From NCBI GenBank assembly GCA_010909165.1, contig MU008161.1, positions 2,046,001 through 2,110,000 of the forward strand: DNA of 64,000 nt. The letters are read 5' to 3'. A program made the translations under genes and the position numbers. The stretch is from Anthoceros angustus. Taxonomy: Eukaryota > Plantae > Anthocerotophyta. Below, in pieces: positions 23,567 through 35,545 of the stretch. Numbering within the stretch: the first letter of the stretch is position 1; each line of letters opens with the position of its first letter. A model generated the notes under the pieces. That model did no database searches and had not been told where the DNA came from. It saw only the letters and a program-made list of their open reading frames with translations.

Positions 23567-24199
23567 ATGGAAGGATGGCCGGGGGGTATGAACCCCAACA
23601 ATGCCGATGCGGACATCGCCGAGGTTCTGCTGCAACTCCGGGCCCTGAGCGACGCGGCCAAGGGACTAGCCATGAAGTGGAACAAGGAGTACACGGGAGC
23701 CTGGCGCCAAGCTGAGCACCTCAAGAACTCGGAGCACAGGTGCGGGGGCGAGCAGGGATGCCCTCTCATCAACGCCAGATGCGCGGCCGCGTCCGCCCAA
23801 CTCCGATACAAGTCCGCCCTCCACTTCGCCATGAGCTTCATGTCCTTCGCCCTGCAGGGAGCCCAGGGTTTGCGTGCCAACCTCGGCCAGTTGCAGGGCA
23901 CCCTGCAGGAGCTGGTGTCCGGAGGCGTGCAGGGCGGGGATTGCTTCATGGCCGCCTGCGGGGACCAGGTGCAGCAGCTGTGGGCCAAGCTCCAGGGTTT
24001 GGGGGGCTCGGCTAGGGTTGGGGTTATGGGTATGGGTATGGGTATGGCCATGGCCATGCCCGTGCCCACGGCGAAGCATGGCGCTGAGGCTGAGGGAGGG
24101 CAGTGTTCCAGGAAGCGCTGTTTCGATGACCCGGTCAGTTCCCTGGAAGGCGAGTGCTGGAGTTTCCAACATCAGGATAAGCGGCGGAAGCAGCGGTAG
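23567..24199 (+). CDS. Hypothetical ~210 aa protein (helical/coiled-coil core, GM repeat, basic C-terminal NLS-like tail)
   Basis: First ATG of the 23501-24199 ORF. Strong GC3-rich codon usage. Ends in SRKRCF...KRRKQR. No family recognised. Confidence 0.6.
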   Translation: MEGWPGGMNPNNADADIAEVLLQLRALSDAAKGLAMKWNKEYTGAWRQAEHLKNSEHRCGGEQGCPLINARCAAASAQLRYKSALHFAMSFMSFALQGAQGLRANLGQLQGTLQELVSGGVQGGDCFMAACGDQVQQLWAKLQGLGGSARVGVMGMGMGMAMAMPVPTAKHGAEAEGGQCSRKRCFDDPVSSLEGECWSFQHQDKRRKQR

Positions 24200-25394
24200 G
24201 AAGGAGGAATGGGGGGGATTCCTACCAGCCGTGTTCGATTCGGGTACTACTATCAATTTCCGGAGTGGCAGGAGGTTTGGTTTCGCAGAGATTGCGGGAT
24301 CGATATTGCAGGCCTAGGGCTGGAGCCGTTGCTGTTGCTGCCATCGGGAAGCGCATGGAAGTGAAGTGAAGTGCAATGCGTGCTGGCGCTGAGTATCACA
24401 GCTGGGGGAGAGGAAGGGAGAGTGTTGTCTGGGACTTCAAGAATATTCAGTGAAAGCAGTCTTGCACTTGGGGCCAGAGATCCCTCGTTTTTGATAAACG
24501 CTGGTATTGCGACAGGGTCACATGTAGGTGTGTCTAAGCGTGGAGCCCTTGGGATGGCAGAGGTATGGCTGAGGAGGTGTTTCCTCCTGGGATCCAAGCC
24601 ACAATTCCTGGCAGGCAGATTTAAGCTCTTGATATCGCTGCAACTAGTCGCTGCCATGCTTGCTTGAAGCTTGAAGACTCCTCCACCCCACTCCCGTAGG
24701 ATCCATGTCTGTGCTAGTTATTCAAAGTAAATGCATCTGATGCCAGGAGAAAGTGCAACCTGTCCTGGGTGACGCCGTTTTGGGGAGGAGGCAAACTCTC
24801 AAGGGACATGCTATTGTATAAGAATCTAAGATGTGCATGCTTTGTGATCAGAGCAATTGGACTTGTTGAGAAGTGGACATAGCTTTCGAATGCTGTGCCT
24901 TCCTAATTTCAGCTTGTTCAAATAAGCAGGAGCCAAACGAGATTCTAGAGCAACATGCTCGCAGTCCAGTCAGTCTGCAGAACTCGGGTAGCTCTCACGT
25001 TCCCACAGCTTTTTTGTCCTAAAAACTCCCCTGCTCAGACTTTGAAAACTGTCATCCGGACAATGCACCAGCCGCAAGTCCCGGTGATGTCCTCGAGCCC
25101 GACAATCCAGTAGATATATAATCTGCGGAATGCCAACTTTATGAATTGCTTTGCATTGACCATGCCAAGATCTTGCGAATCAACTGCATCAACATTGACC
25201 CCCGAGCTGTCCGACAAATCAGGTTCCTGGGTGACTGCCACATCACGTACGGGGATCAGGAGCTCTCGGATTTGTATTTTTGTGCCACCGATCTGAGAGC
25301 CTGTTGTGGAGAACAGTGACCAGGAAGCGCTGCTTTGTGGTCCCTTGGAAGCCTGGAGGGCAGCTAACCTGTTCTTCCTGCCGCCTGGGACGCC

Positions 25395-26727
25395 ATGGCT
25401 GCCATGAACGGAGGGGGCAGCCATGCCCTCGCAGCTGCAGCTCTGGATGCTGTGGTGCAGCAGAAGAAGCTGTTGCGGACTGTGATGCGACGCCGGCTTC
25501 GTGCTTTCCTCCCAGACCTGCGCACCGTGGAAGGTAGCAGCTGCTGACCCCCTCCCTGCCCGATCCACATTGTGTCAGTTTCCGGATTCTCAACGTCATT
25601 CGATTTGGCACTCGCAGATGATGCTATCCAGAAGCGGGTCTTGGCAGCAGCCTGGTTCAAAAACTGCAGACTTCTCTGCGCTTATATCTCCTGCCCAGCT
25701 CTGAAAGAGGTGGACACCTCACAACTGCTTGCCAACATTCTGCAAGCGCATCCTTCCGGTGATCCACGATTTGCTTCAGACCTAATTGTCTACTAGGGCT
25801 CAGCACATGGGTCTGTCTCACAGCTGGGCTTTTAATTTTGTTGGGTGTCCTGATCCATGCTCTGCTCTCGGACACAGAGGTGACCAAGAGGCTGTTCGTG
25901 CCTCGCGTCCAGGACAAGGCTGCTCACATGAGCATGCTGCGCATAACCAATACCACCAACGATGTCGTTGCGAATTCTATGAACATCTTAGAGCCAACTG
26001 TTGTGGATTCAGCTGGAAACCCAAGGGAAGATGGTATGCCCATGCCATGCTGCTCCATTCTTCCCCCTCATGTTCAGAATGTGTGTTTCCAGTATTCACT
26101 TTGGCTCCTGTGTGTTTGCAGTTATGGGCTCCTCTGAACCTCTTCAGCTGCTCCTCCTACCAGGTAAAGTTGGTCTCCTTTGCTCTTGATGACCTTTCTG
26201 TTGGGCCTGTCTTCTCTGAAAGTATGTTGGGAGCTTACACTTCTCAAGCCCTACAGGACTTGCCTTCGACCATACGGGGAGGCGGCTGGGTAGAGGAGGA
26301 GGGTGAGTCTCATCTCACAACATGCTGCAAGATTGAATAACACCTTACGGAACCCTCCTGGATCCTGTCCAGCAACAATCTGGCTTGTGCACTGCTAACG
26401 TGTGGACTACACTTGTTTCAGCTACTATGACTTGTTTCTCCGGAATTACTTGCTTCTTGCCAAGGACAAAGGTTGGAAGCCACCACTTCTAGGTTGGTTA
26501 CCTTCTCTGGCCCTGTGGCTCCGAAGCTCAATCACTGTTGAGGTCCGTGCTGATGGGCCCATCGGCTCTGTTGGACTGCAGTGGCATTGGCCTACTCTGT
26601 GCAGTTACTTGACGAGCCAGTTCCTGTGGACGATACGGACGTACCTGTAGACGCTGTTGTCACCCCGGATGGTGTGTATACTTTTAATGATCGGCTTCAA
26701 ACCACAGAGTGCGGAACGCCGTGGTAA
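25395..26727 (+). CDS. 5FCL: 5-formyltetrahydrofolate cyclo-ligase (5-FCL/MTHFS), about 7 exons
   Basis: Exons encode QKKLLRTVMRRRL, DAIQKRVLAAAWFK..CAYISC..EVDT, RLFVPRV..MNILEP, LLLLPG/LAFD..RLGRGGG/YYD and VALAYSVQ..DVPVDAVVTPDG*, separated by short GT-AG introns. Confidence 0.92.
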
Positions 26728-27549
26728 ATGTGGTACGCAGAAAGCACATGGATGGCAGCTGAGATCGTGTTGATGTTGAATCAAGAGAAGACAGGGGGCT
26801 TCTTCAATACACACAAGAGGCGCTTGCACTGCAAAGGGCCGTCCAACAGCTTGAGTTGATGATATTGATGTGCACAGTCTACATCTGCTGACTAACCAAA
26901 GTTTTGAGCTTGCAAAGCCACACAGAATTGCTTCTGATCACTTGGGGAGATTTTGGTGATCAGCAAGTAAGAACTATGAAAGGCACGCGCTATCTGAAGG
27001 GCTGGCCATACTTCCCGCTTCGTCACCTCAAGTTGCGCAATATTATTTTTTCGTGCAGTGAAGAAACACATAGCCAGGACTACGGCTGAAAGTCTCAACA
27101 GCCAGCGACTTCCATGACGGGTTGAAAAACAGAAGCCTCCCGAAGGAGAGATCCCACCCACCAGAAAATATATCCGAGGAGCAACCGGTAAAAACTCCTG
27201 AGTAACTCATACAAAGAGAGATAGCTCCCAGCTCCTACAAACAGAGCAATTCCCGAGACTTTCTATTCAGAAAGACAGCCAGATCTGTAGCATCAGCCAG
27301 CTCCGCATCATCACCAGTGAACACAACATGAAATCGGATGGTCTCCTCGATAAAGGTAGCCAAAGTCGAAGCCAACACTATCCGAACAACCAATCCGCAG
27401 AGCTTCCCCCAGCCAAAAAAGATGCTTGCCACACTCCACACTCTGAGACGAAGCCAAGGGAACCACCCACTCCCAAGCAAGAACCGCTTTGATAGCTTTG
27501 GTGGCCCTCAAATTTTCCCTGTTCCTCATGAATGCAAGAAGGAACAATA

Positions 27550-29419
27550 CTAGGTTCCACGTTTTCTTTTAAATCGCTGCAATGCTGGAGGCAGCGGTTC
27601 CTCTGAGGCATCTGCTGTTGCCGCACTGATTTTCTCTTTCATCCTGTTCTGCTCGGTAATGCTAGGTCTCTTTTCAACAATGATGTTGGTTTGTTTTTTC
27701 TGGTATCGCTTGCTGGGCTTGTTACGTCCTTTTGCCTTCCGCTTTTCCTTCGGAGGCCTTCCTGCCTGCGCTTCCGCAGCAATGTTTGCCTCTTTAGCTT
27801 GCCTGGCTTTCTCCGACTGATTCTCTTTGGAAGACTTCTGCACAGTTCCTATTTGCTCAGGGTCGAGAACAATCATCTCCGGTTGCAACTTATCCAGCAA
27901 CGAGTGTATTTCAGCCTCCCGTCGTTGCCTTGTAGTCTGGAATGGATTGGCAACGTAGGTGTCAAAGTTGGGCTCCCCGGATCCCGGGACGAGGAGGGAG
28001 GAGAATCCTGTACCATGCCCCACTCCTAGGACGTCCTCATAGGGACAGAACGCCAAATCCTGAACTTGTGAACCCTTTGGTATTCGATGTTTCATATAAG
28101 GTGCATGTTGCTTGGTAGCCAGGGCATCCCTCCAAATCTCGATGCCAGAGCCAAATCCAACTGCAATCATCCCTTTTTGGCTGATGTCCAGAGATTTTGG
28201 AGTGGTCGCCGCGAAGTATGTGTGCAAGGGTGTATATTGTCGCACATCCCACACCTTAACTTTGCCATCAAAACCTGCTGTAACCATGTGCCTCCCCTCC
28301 AAGTCGAAGGCAACGGCCGTGACAGGGCCCCGATGGCAAAACATGCTCACCAAAGGGGTGTCCAAATTTGGGCTCCACATGGTGACAGTGCCATTGCTGT
28401 GACCAAGACCCAGCACTGCATTGTAAGGATTCATCCTCATCACTTTACATGGACCCAACCGGGTCCTGTGCTGGGCAACCATGTGACCTGTGCTAGTATC
28501 TTGATAGCGCAGAATTCCTGCCTTATCTGTTGACGCTAACAGAAAATGCAAGGGTAAAAACTCCAGTTTCATGACCCGGAAGTGATCCTGTCCAAAAACC
28601 ATACGCAATGAGGTTCTAAACCCATGGCATACGAGAAAAACAGAGCGTCAAACCTCCAAAGCCACACTCACCCTCATGCAGTGCAGCTCTACACCCTTCT
28701 TGTCATAGATGAAGGTATATCTGCAGACCACCAGAACCATGATGAGCGACCAGAACCAAATCAAACCCCCGTCCCTGTTCCGAGCGATGAGCCCAAACCT
28801 ACTTCTTCTGTGCTGCAGCGAAGAATAACTCGTTGTGCAGAAACTTCACGTCCCGCACAGTCTCACGCACCTGAACAGCACAAGGACCAACATCAGATGC
28901 AACATTCCTCAACCCCCACCTACAAAACATACCACTCTATCCTGGTACCCCATTTTCACCTGCAATTCTGACACCAGCTGCAACGTCTTCCAGTCCAGGA
29001 CTGCCAAGTGACCCTTCCTGCCGCCCAGCACCATATACCGGCCAGGAGCTGTGTAGTCCAACGAATAAGGCCCAAAGTCTGCTCCAAACAAACACCAGCA
29101 CCATAAGCCCTGCCCGTAACCACACACAAACAAAACCACACAATCTCAAACCCTCCAACAACCTGGTAGCTTCAAGTCAAACGCCCTCTTTGCACTCGTA
29201 ATATCCACCTCCTTCACAATAGCCTCTTGTGTGAAGTGCCGGGTCTGCTCTAAGCCCTCGGCCTCCAGATATCCCCCGCTGCTGGGCAGCAGCCACTGCA
29301 AACGTACACGCACACACGCTGGTTAGGTCAGAATCTACAACGGCTCCATCCAATGTCCGGTAGCACCAACACGTGAAGCCACAGCCCACCTGACTTGCGG
29401 GATCCTTGGAGGGCGCCAT
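27550..29419 (-). CDS. UTP7: WD-repeat protein 46 / U3 snoRNA-associated protein 7 (BING4 C-terminal domain), multi-exon
   Basis: Exons encode WLLPSSGGYLEAEG, DFGPYSLDYT..GGRKGHLA, LEFLPLHFLLAS..YQDTSTG, CPYEDVLGVGH, VPGSGEPNFD..NPFQT..LLDKLQPEMI and a C-terminal ALQRF. Confidence 0.93.
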
Positions 29420-31081
29420 GGTGGACGTATAGACTCCGCCTCAAACAGGTGCTTGATTCTGCATATCAGCCTTCCTTCATGCCTATGCAGCATATATAGC
29501 GAGCCGCAGACTTATATAGTACATATTACAAGTGTGTTCTCGGGTGCTGCTTATAAGTAGAGCTTCAAGGGTGCCATATTCCTATACAATTGAGGCTTCG
29601 CGACCAGGATCTGATCAGGCTGGCGGCACCGTGGTGTCTAGCTCGCCTTGCACACTCCGGAAAGCTGCGTCCTTCACGCAGGCGTTTTCCACGATTGACT
29701 GACTTCCTCGAGGCGGGTCATGTTGAGCTACTTCTCTAAGGTTGCCAAGACTCCATCCCGGCTCTGCGGGTTGGAGTAATAATGCAGAGGCAGATGGCCA
29801 AGGGCAATGAGAACACGATTGTTTCTTCCCTTCCTTCCCTTCCCGTTTTGCTCCAAGCTTAGAAATATCTCATCCCGAACGTCCTTCGATTCCTTTCGGT
29901 ATTAGGATAATCTGAGATTGGATGGATGGGCTGCTCCTCGCCTTCGGGTAGGTTAGATGAGCAGCTGAGAGGCTGCCTTGTGTGGTCATCTGGGCAGAAG
30001 ATGGCTCACGTTCAGAACAGAATCTGAAGGGAGAAGGACATGCGTTGGGGAACAATACCTAACCTATCAGAACGTAAACAGCAGCACCACGGATAGTGTG
30101 GTGGAGTCGCTGGTATTATGGTCAGCTGGGAGGCGGCCAGGTTGGTTCCGCGCGCCTCCACAGTTATGGTGGACGGGATCCTGGGAGGAGTGTTCTCCAA
30201 ATCAGTTCTAATTACTGCTCCTTTCTGTTTGACAGGGTATTTCTCGTAATCAGGGTTACTGCTTTCTTGTGTACCTGCAGTACTACATACAGAACCTGTT
30301 CAGAAAGCGAACAGGTATGAAGGCCACAAGCAGTGTGTTCCCTACGTCCACCACCAACCTATGAGTTCTTGCCAGACTTTGGTGACTATACAGCCATCTA
30401 GAATGCATTCAAGTATGTTGAGTCGAGGCAGCGGCAGAGTTTATTGGAGACTCTGAAGCCTGCAAATTGCCTTCATGCGGGAGCTAAATTTCCCAGCTGC
30501 CTTGTGAATTCCAAGCGTATTTTACATGTTTAATTGTAACATCTTCCTGCTTGCACAGATGATCCAAGTCAGAGAAGACTTTCACAGAAACAATGCAACA
30601 GATTTAAAATACTGAACTGGCATCACCAAGGGTCTTAGCGAATTGGCAGCCAATCGCATGACACAGCTATAAATTCTTACAAGAAGATGAACTCGCAGAC
30701 AAAGATAAAAATGTATTCTGACTTCGATCCCTCGGAGGTCGGTGGGATTCTGCAAGATGACAACATACTTCAGTCCTGATTACCTTACCACACCGCAAGG
30801 ACAAGACGCACCCTAGCTCTCATTGAAACTGCAAGACTCTCAAGATAACACGAGCTTTTCAACGAAAGGACACTTACATTCTGGAGAACGTGCCGTTCAT
30901 GTTCCATATCTTACAGTTCAGGAATCAGATCATAATGAACATTCCATCCCAATAAGAATAACCAGCGGTCCTTCCAAGACGATTGGAGATGGTTGTGCTG
31001 AGCCCCCATGCAGCCTCCAGAATTCCATAAATATTGGCACACTTCTGCTTAAGCTTACCATAAATACGCATGTACATAGAC

Positions 31082-33568
31082 CTACTGAGAAAAGCATTCC
31101 TTGTATGTCCATAAAAGAGACCGAATAAAAAAGTCAGTCTCCAAGAACTCAATGTGGGCAGTTCTGCCCACATAATTGCTGAGATTCACCGCTTGTCCAG
31201 TAGTGTCAAAGTTCACATCACACCGGATGAAGGTGTTATCCACCTGATTAGCTTTTTCAAAGAATCTTTCAAGGCAGCCTTGCACCATCTGCTTGTACAC
31301 GCCCCCTCGCCTCGAGTCCTTCTTGGCTTCAGGACACATCTCCAATCTTGCGGAATGGTATGGCACATACCGATCCTGGGGCGAGGCAAGGAGAATAATA
31401 TGACGGAAGTTTTCCAGCACATCTGTCTGGCTTAGCTTGTACAGAAAACATTCCTGAAAAGTGGACTTGTCCGTGAAACTCAGCTGATGCATACACTGTG
31501 CTCCCTTGAATTTCTTCAGTATCCACATCCCAGAGTTGAATAGTGAATTGGAACTGTAAAGATAGCCTAGATGAGGTGCAGACATGGACAGAAAGGTGTG
31601 CAAACACTGTAAATAAGGTTTCAATACCTCATCGCACAGGGCAGCCCTGATAATAACACCCCCAATCGAGTGGCCTACAAAACTGAGCTTACAAAGTCCA
31701 GTCCTTCTCACAGCCCTCTTGGCAGTCCCAAGCCTTTCCTCCAAAAAGCTTACAACCTCATCCGCAAGACGCTTCCCCAGCTCCTCGAAGCTATCGTACG
31801 TACGATCCTCATTGGCCATGGACATCAAGCACACTGCAAGGGGGTCCATGCATAGCCAATTGTTCCGCACCAACCGCAAGTCTCTGTGATGTCCCTGGAA
31901 GCCATGAACAAACACAACCACATGCAGCCCTCGTTGATTGTCCGCATGCCTCCTGGGCAATGATCCATCCGCTTTCCCTGAAGAGGAGCTCAGATTCTGG
32001 GCCTGCGAGAGATCTTTCTGAGGAGAAGGCGCCCTGTTACGTAACACATCCCCACTTCCAGCATCTCGCAGGTGCCTCTCCACAAACATGATCGGGTGCT
32101 GAGTTACGTTGCTGAACGTCTGCAAGTCCTGGAGCAAGCACTTGTTTACATGCACATCCACCAAGGTTTTGCGATACAGATCAGCAAGGGCACCGACAGT
32201 CGAGGCACGTGACTCCTGAGCTTTCCGAGAAATGAGCTTCTTGGGTGACTGCCACAGGACTGGGGGACACCTGAGCTGCCAAGGAACCAGCCATCTCCGG
32301 CTATCAACACCAAGCAAATCGTCGCTCCTCATGCACATGTCCGTACTGATGAGCCACATGGACCAATCTCTAGCAGACGAGGCCTCCCATGCTGACCGAA
32401 GCCTCTGCCACAAAGATGCTCGATTCGCTCTGTGGGAACTCAAAAACCTGTTCCACAAATCCGTGAGCTCCAGGCTGATTTTGTCAAAAACCGTCACCAA
32501 TTCAGGCCTGCTGGCAGTGCCACCTGCCTCGCCGCCCTTGGGGGGACTGGAAGGCCTGGCGGGGGCCGAGAAAGTGAACTTGTACTGTTTCCCTTCGTGC
32601 TGCATCGTCAACTCGTCCAGGAATCTAGCAGACTTGGACGACCGCGTCTGCGTCCCGATCCAAGCCAGAAACTCGTTGTCATTCCCAACGCCATACCCCG
32701 CCTCTGCCTTCCAGAAACCGCCTGCGGAATCCGGCTGGCTGCTCCCTGGCTCTCCTCCCGGGGAAAGGGGGCTGACACTGGAAGCGGCCAGCTCCAGGGT
32801 GAGCGCCTCCCGCGAAGCGTACAGTGCCTTCAAAACGGCCATGTCAGCTGCACTCAGCTTGCAGGGAGCTGCCTCGTCGTCGCTGGCGGAATGCAGCATG
32901 AAGGAGCGCAGCTCCGACTTGGAGTTCAAAAGCACAGTGTGCAGAGTGACATCCACCAGAACCATATGCCACGCATCAAAATGGAGCGGGCAGTAAGAAT
33001 GCAGTCCAGGCAGCCCTGCCGCCGAGATCCGGAAGGAATGCACAGCCACGGAGGCCAGTGCCGGGGTCGGATCCGCCACTGCTGCATCACCCTGGTCCTT
33101 CCTGTCAGCAGCAAATAGCAATTCAAACTTCACAATAGCCGGAACGAGCAGCGGCTTTTGCAGCTTGGCAAGGGAGAGGTGGAAGGACACCATCTCCTGC
33201 AAAAACACATCTTGCCGGGCATACTTGATGTAGAAGGGACGGCAACAGAAGCTGTTGCTGGCGTCATCAATCTGCCACACCGTAGGCGCTTCCCCCTTGC
33301 TTGGATCCGGTGCCGCGTACTGCATCACCCGGGAGGGTATGCCGTGCACATCCTCCACGCCTTCCCAGTGCGAGGTCACCTTGATCCCGTACCATCCCTG
33401 CTGGAACAGATCCAAGTTGTGGAATTTGTGCAGGTATACCGCAATCTCCAGGGTGGGATTGGCATAGGAGAGCATTCTGAGTCCAACATTCACACCGATC
33501 GCCTTGCCTTCGCCTTGCTTTCCCCGATCCGCGTCTGGAGCACACGGATTTTCACAATCTGCAGGCAC
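31082..33568 (-). CDS. FAM135-like protein (DUF676 putative serine esterase / alpha-beta hydrolase), single exon
   Basis: 828 aa ORF with N-terminal EIAVYLHKFHNLDLFQQGWY, VVFVHGFQG, the nucleophile elbow SFVGHSIGG, SPQDRYVPYHSAR and GRTAHIEFLE. Confidence 0.93.
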   Translation of the reverse strand: MPADCENPCAPDADRGKQGEGKAIGVNVGLRMLSYANPTLEIAVYLHKFHNLDLFQQGWYGIKVTSHWEGVEDVHGIPSRVMQYAAPDPSKGEAPTVWQIDDASNSFCCRPFYIKYARQDVFLQEMVSFHLSLAKLQKPLLVPAIVKFELLFAADRKDQGDAAVADPTPALASVAVHSFRISAAGLPGLHSYCPLHFDAWHMVLVDVTLHTVLLNSKSELRSFMLHSASDDEAAPCKLSAADMAVLKALYASREALTLELAASSVSPLSPGGEPGSSQPDSAGGFWKAEAGYGVGNDNEFLAWIGTQTRSSKSARFLDELTMQHEGKQYKFTFSAPARPSSPPKGGEAGGTASRPELVTVFDKISLELTDLWNRFLSSHRANRASLWQRLRSAWEASSARDWSMWLISTDMCMRSDDLLGVDSRRWLVPWQLRCPPVLWQSPKKLISRKAQESRASTVGALADLYRKTLVDVHVNKCLLQDLQTFSNVTQHPIMFVERHLRDAGSGDVLRNRAPSPQKDLSQAQNLSSSSGKADGSLPRRHADNQRGLHVVVFVHGFQGHHRDLRLVRNNWLCMDPLAVCLMSMANEDRTYDSFEELGKRLADEVVSFLEERLGTAKRAVRRTGLCKLSFVGHSIGGVIIRAALCDEVLKPYLQCLHTFLSMSAPHLGYLYSSNSLFNSGMWILKKFKGAQCMHQLSFTDKSTFQECFLYKLSQTDVLENFRHIILLASPQDRYVPYHSARLEMCPEAKKDSRRGGVYKQMVQGCLERFFEKANQVDNTFIRCDVNFDTTGQAVNLSNYVGRTAHIEFLETDFFIRSLLWTYKECFSQ

Positions 33569-35371
33569 TGCACATTCAAGCCTGCATCAGCCGTCCGGTC
33601 CGTCGGGACAGGCAGGGCCTTCACCACAGCCAGCAGCGCGTTGCCGATGCCGGCTCCGTTCTAGGGTTTGCTGCCAGTCCCGTTGGACGCATCCGGTGCC
33701 GAGTCACATTCACGTGAATCATTTGAAAACGTCTCGCACGTCTCGCACGTCTCGCTTCGACTGCTCACGGTTCTACGCGCCTTGAAGAAGGTTTTTAGGT
33801 GGTCGCTCTCGTGATTTTGCGCCATTGGCTCTCAAGGCGGGCCAGTTGGCACAGACAAAGTTTCCAGCCTTGAATAGGCACGTACATATCCCAGGCCTAT
33901 CCAAAGTGGTAACAGTTGTGGGCCAGTTCCCGGCCGGGACACTCCACATCCTGGCGGACTCTGGCTCAGTCCGGACTCTGGACTGTCCGATTCCAGCGGG
34001 AATGAGAGCCTTTCCAAACCAGTGTCACGCCATCTCCATGGCAGAAGTTGAAGTTGCGAGCTATGTAATGAAAACGAGTCCATAATACAGTTTCACACCT
34101 TCAAGGCCAGTCATAGCCGAGCTGAGAGCTGATGTGAGACAGTAGATGCTACCGGAGGCGGATGATCACGTCTTTGTAGCTACTACCCTTCAAGCTTGTG
34201 CTGTTCATTGCAGATGCAGAGTTGAAGGAAAGTGGTGGGTAGTATTTTCGTGCTTCTCAAGTAGATACTCAACAAGTTGTTTCAGACCCTGCTACACTTC
34301 TACCGATTCAACGAAACCACAGATTCGGAACGACACTGCTTCCAACGGCAGGTGCATAAGTGCCTGAATGCACACTTGACGGAGTAAAGCTTCACAAGAA
34401 AACAAAACAAGTGCTTGAATGCACACTTGAGAGAGACTTGAACATGGAAACTTGTCAAGCACGGATATCATTCGGTTGGAAGAGATGATGCAACATGCAG
34501 TTGAAGGCAAGCCCGCCATCGCAAATGACACTCCATGGATCGTCCGGAATGTATCCTCATCCTCCTCATCTTCGTCAGAAACTTGGTTATCCTGCTACCA
34601 GCTATCCCAAATAATCTGGCCCCTTTTGAGACACTGGATCATACACCTGTGCCAAAATGATAACAGTTCACCATTGCACAAAACATACTGAGGCAAATGG
34701 CTTGAGTCATCGTCGTAGCCAAAGCTTCGGGTAAACCAGAGTGGCCGCTGGTGGATTCCCAGCTACTATCCTTGGACCTGTAGATGCTTACAGTTGGTTC
34801 ACTTATCCGCTGATCCCGTACCACATCCCTGCTGTTGCATACCACAAGCCTTCAATTTGACGCTGTGGATCCAAGGGTTCCGCCAATCGACCACCCCAGG
34901 CTTGAAGCTGGAATTGAGGCTGCCCAATCCATGTCTTGCACTTTGAGCATGCATTTCCGTCCCAAGCCTGGTTTCTTCTTCTGAGCCGAGTCCGCGCGAC
35001 AAGTCCTCCTGGGCCACAGAATCGTCCAGCCCTCGATTGCTCTCCTCACGTTCCTCGTTTGTGTTATGGCGATCGGTATGAAATGGGTGTCATTCCCGCC
35101 CGGTTGCTGATTTCGTCACTGCAAATTACTTGAATGCCGCTCACCTGTCGATGCGGACGCTGACGACCTGCCCGCCTGTTCCCGATCCCGTCACCAAGCC
35201 CGTAGCAACCTTATCCATGTGTTTTTTTTTTACTTTCAAAAAATATGTAATATATATCTTCCCATGCCATTAATCCACTTATGGTGTCCTCCCTTCGAGG
35301 AGTGACATCGAGACTTGAGTTCATTGGAACTCGACGGGTAAGCGTTGTTGGAACGGATCAATGCTTGGATA

Positions 35372-35545
35372 GGCATGGGGTGTCATCCATCCCTAGGATT
35401 AAGCACTTGGGTCGGGTGTTATCCATCCCTAGGATTAAGCACTTGGATGGGGTGTTATCCATCCCTTAGGATCAAACACTTGGATGGGGTGTTATCCATC
35501 TCCCAAGATCATCCTTGGATGGGATGCTACCCATCCCCAAGGATC
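35372..35545 (+). repeat. ~31 bp tandem repeat (GGATTAAGCACTTGGATGGGGTGTTATCCATCCCT)n, about 5 copies
   Basis: Visible periodicity. The motif resembles part of the 16515-16885 repeat family. Confidence 0.8.

Noticed and set aside
33800-35150. Possible decayed gene on the minus strand (acidic SDEDEEDED patch)
   Set aside because: Multiple stops and no recognisable family or consistent splice model.
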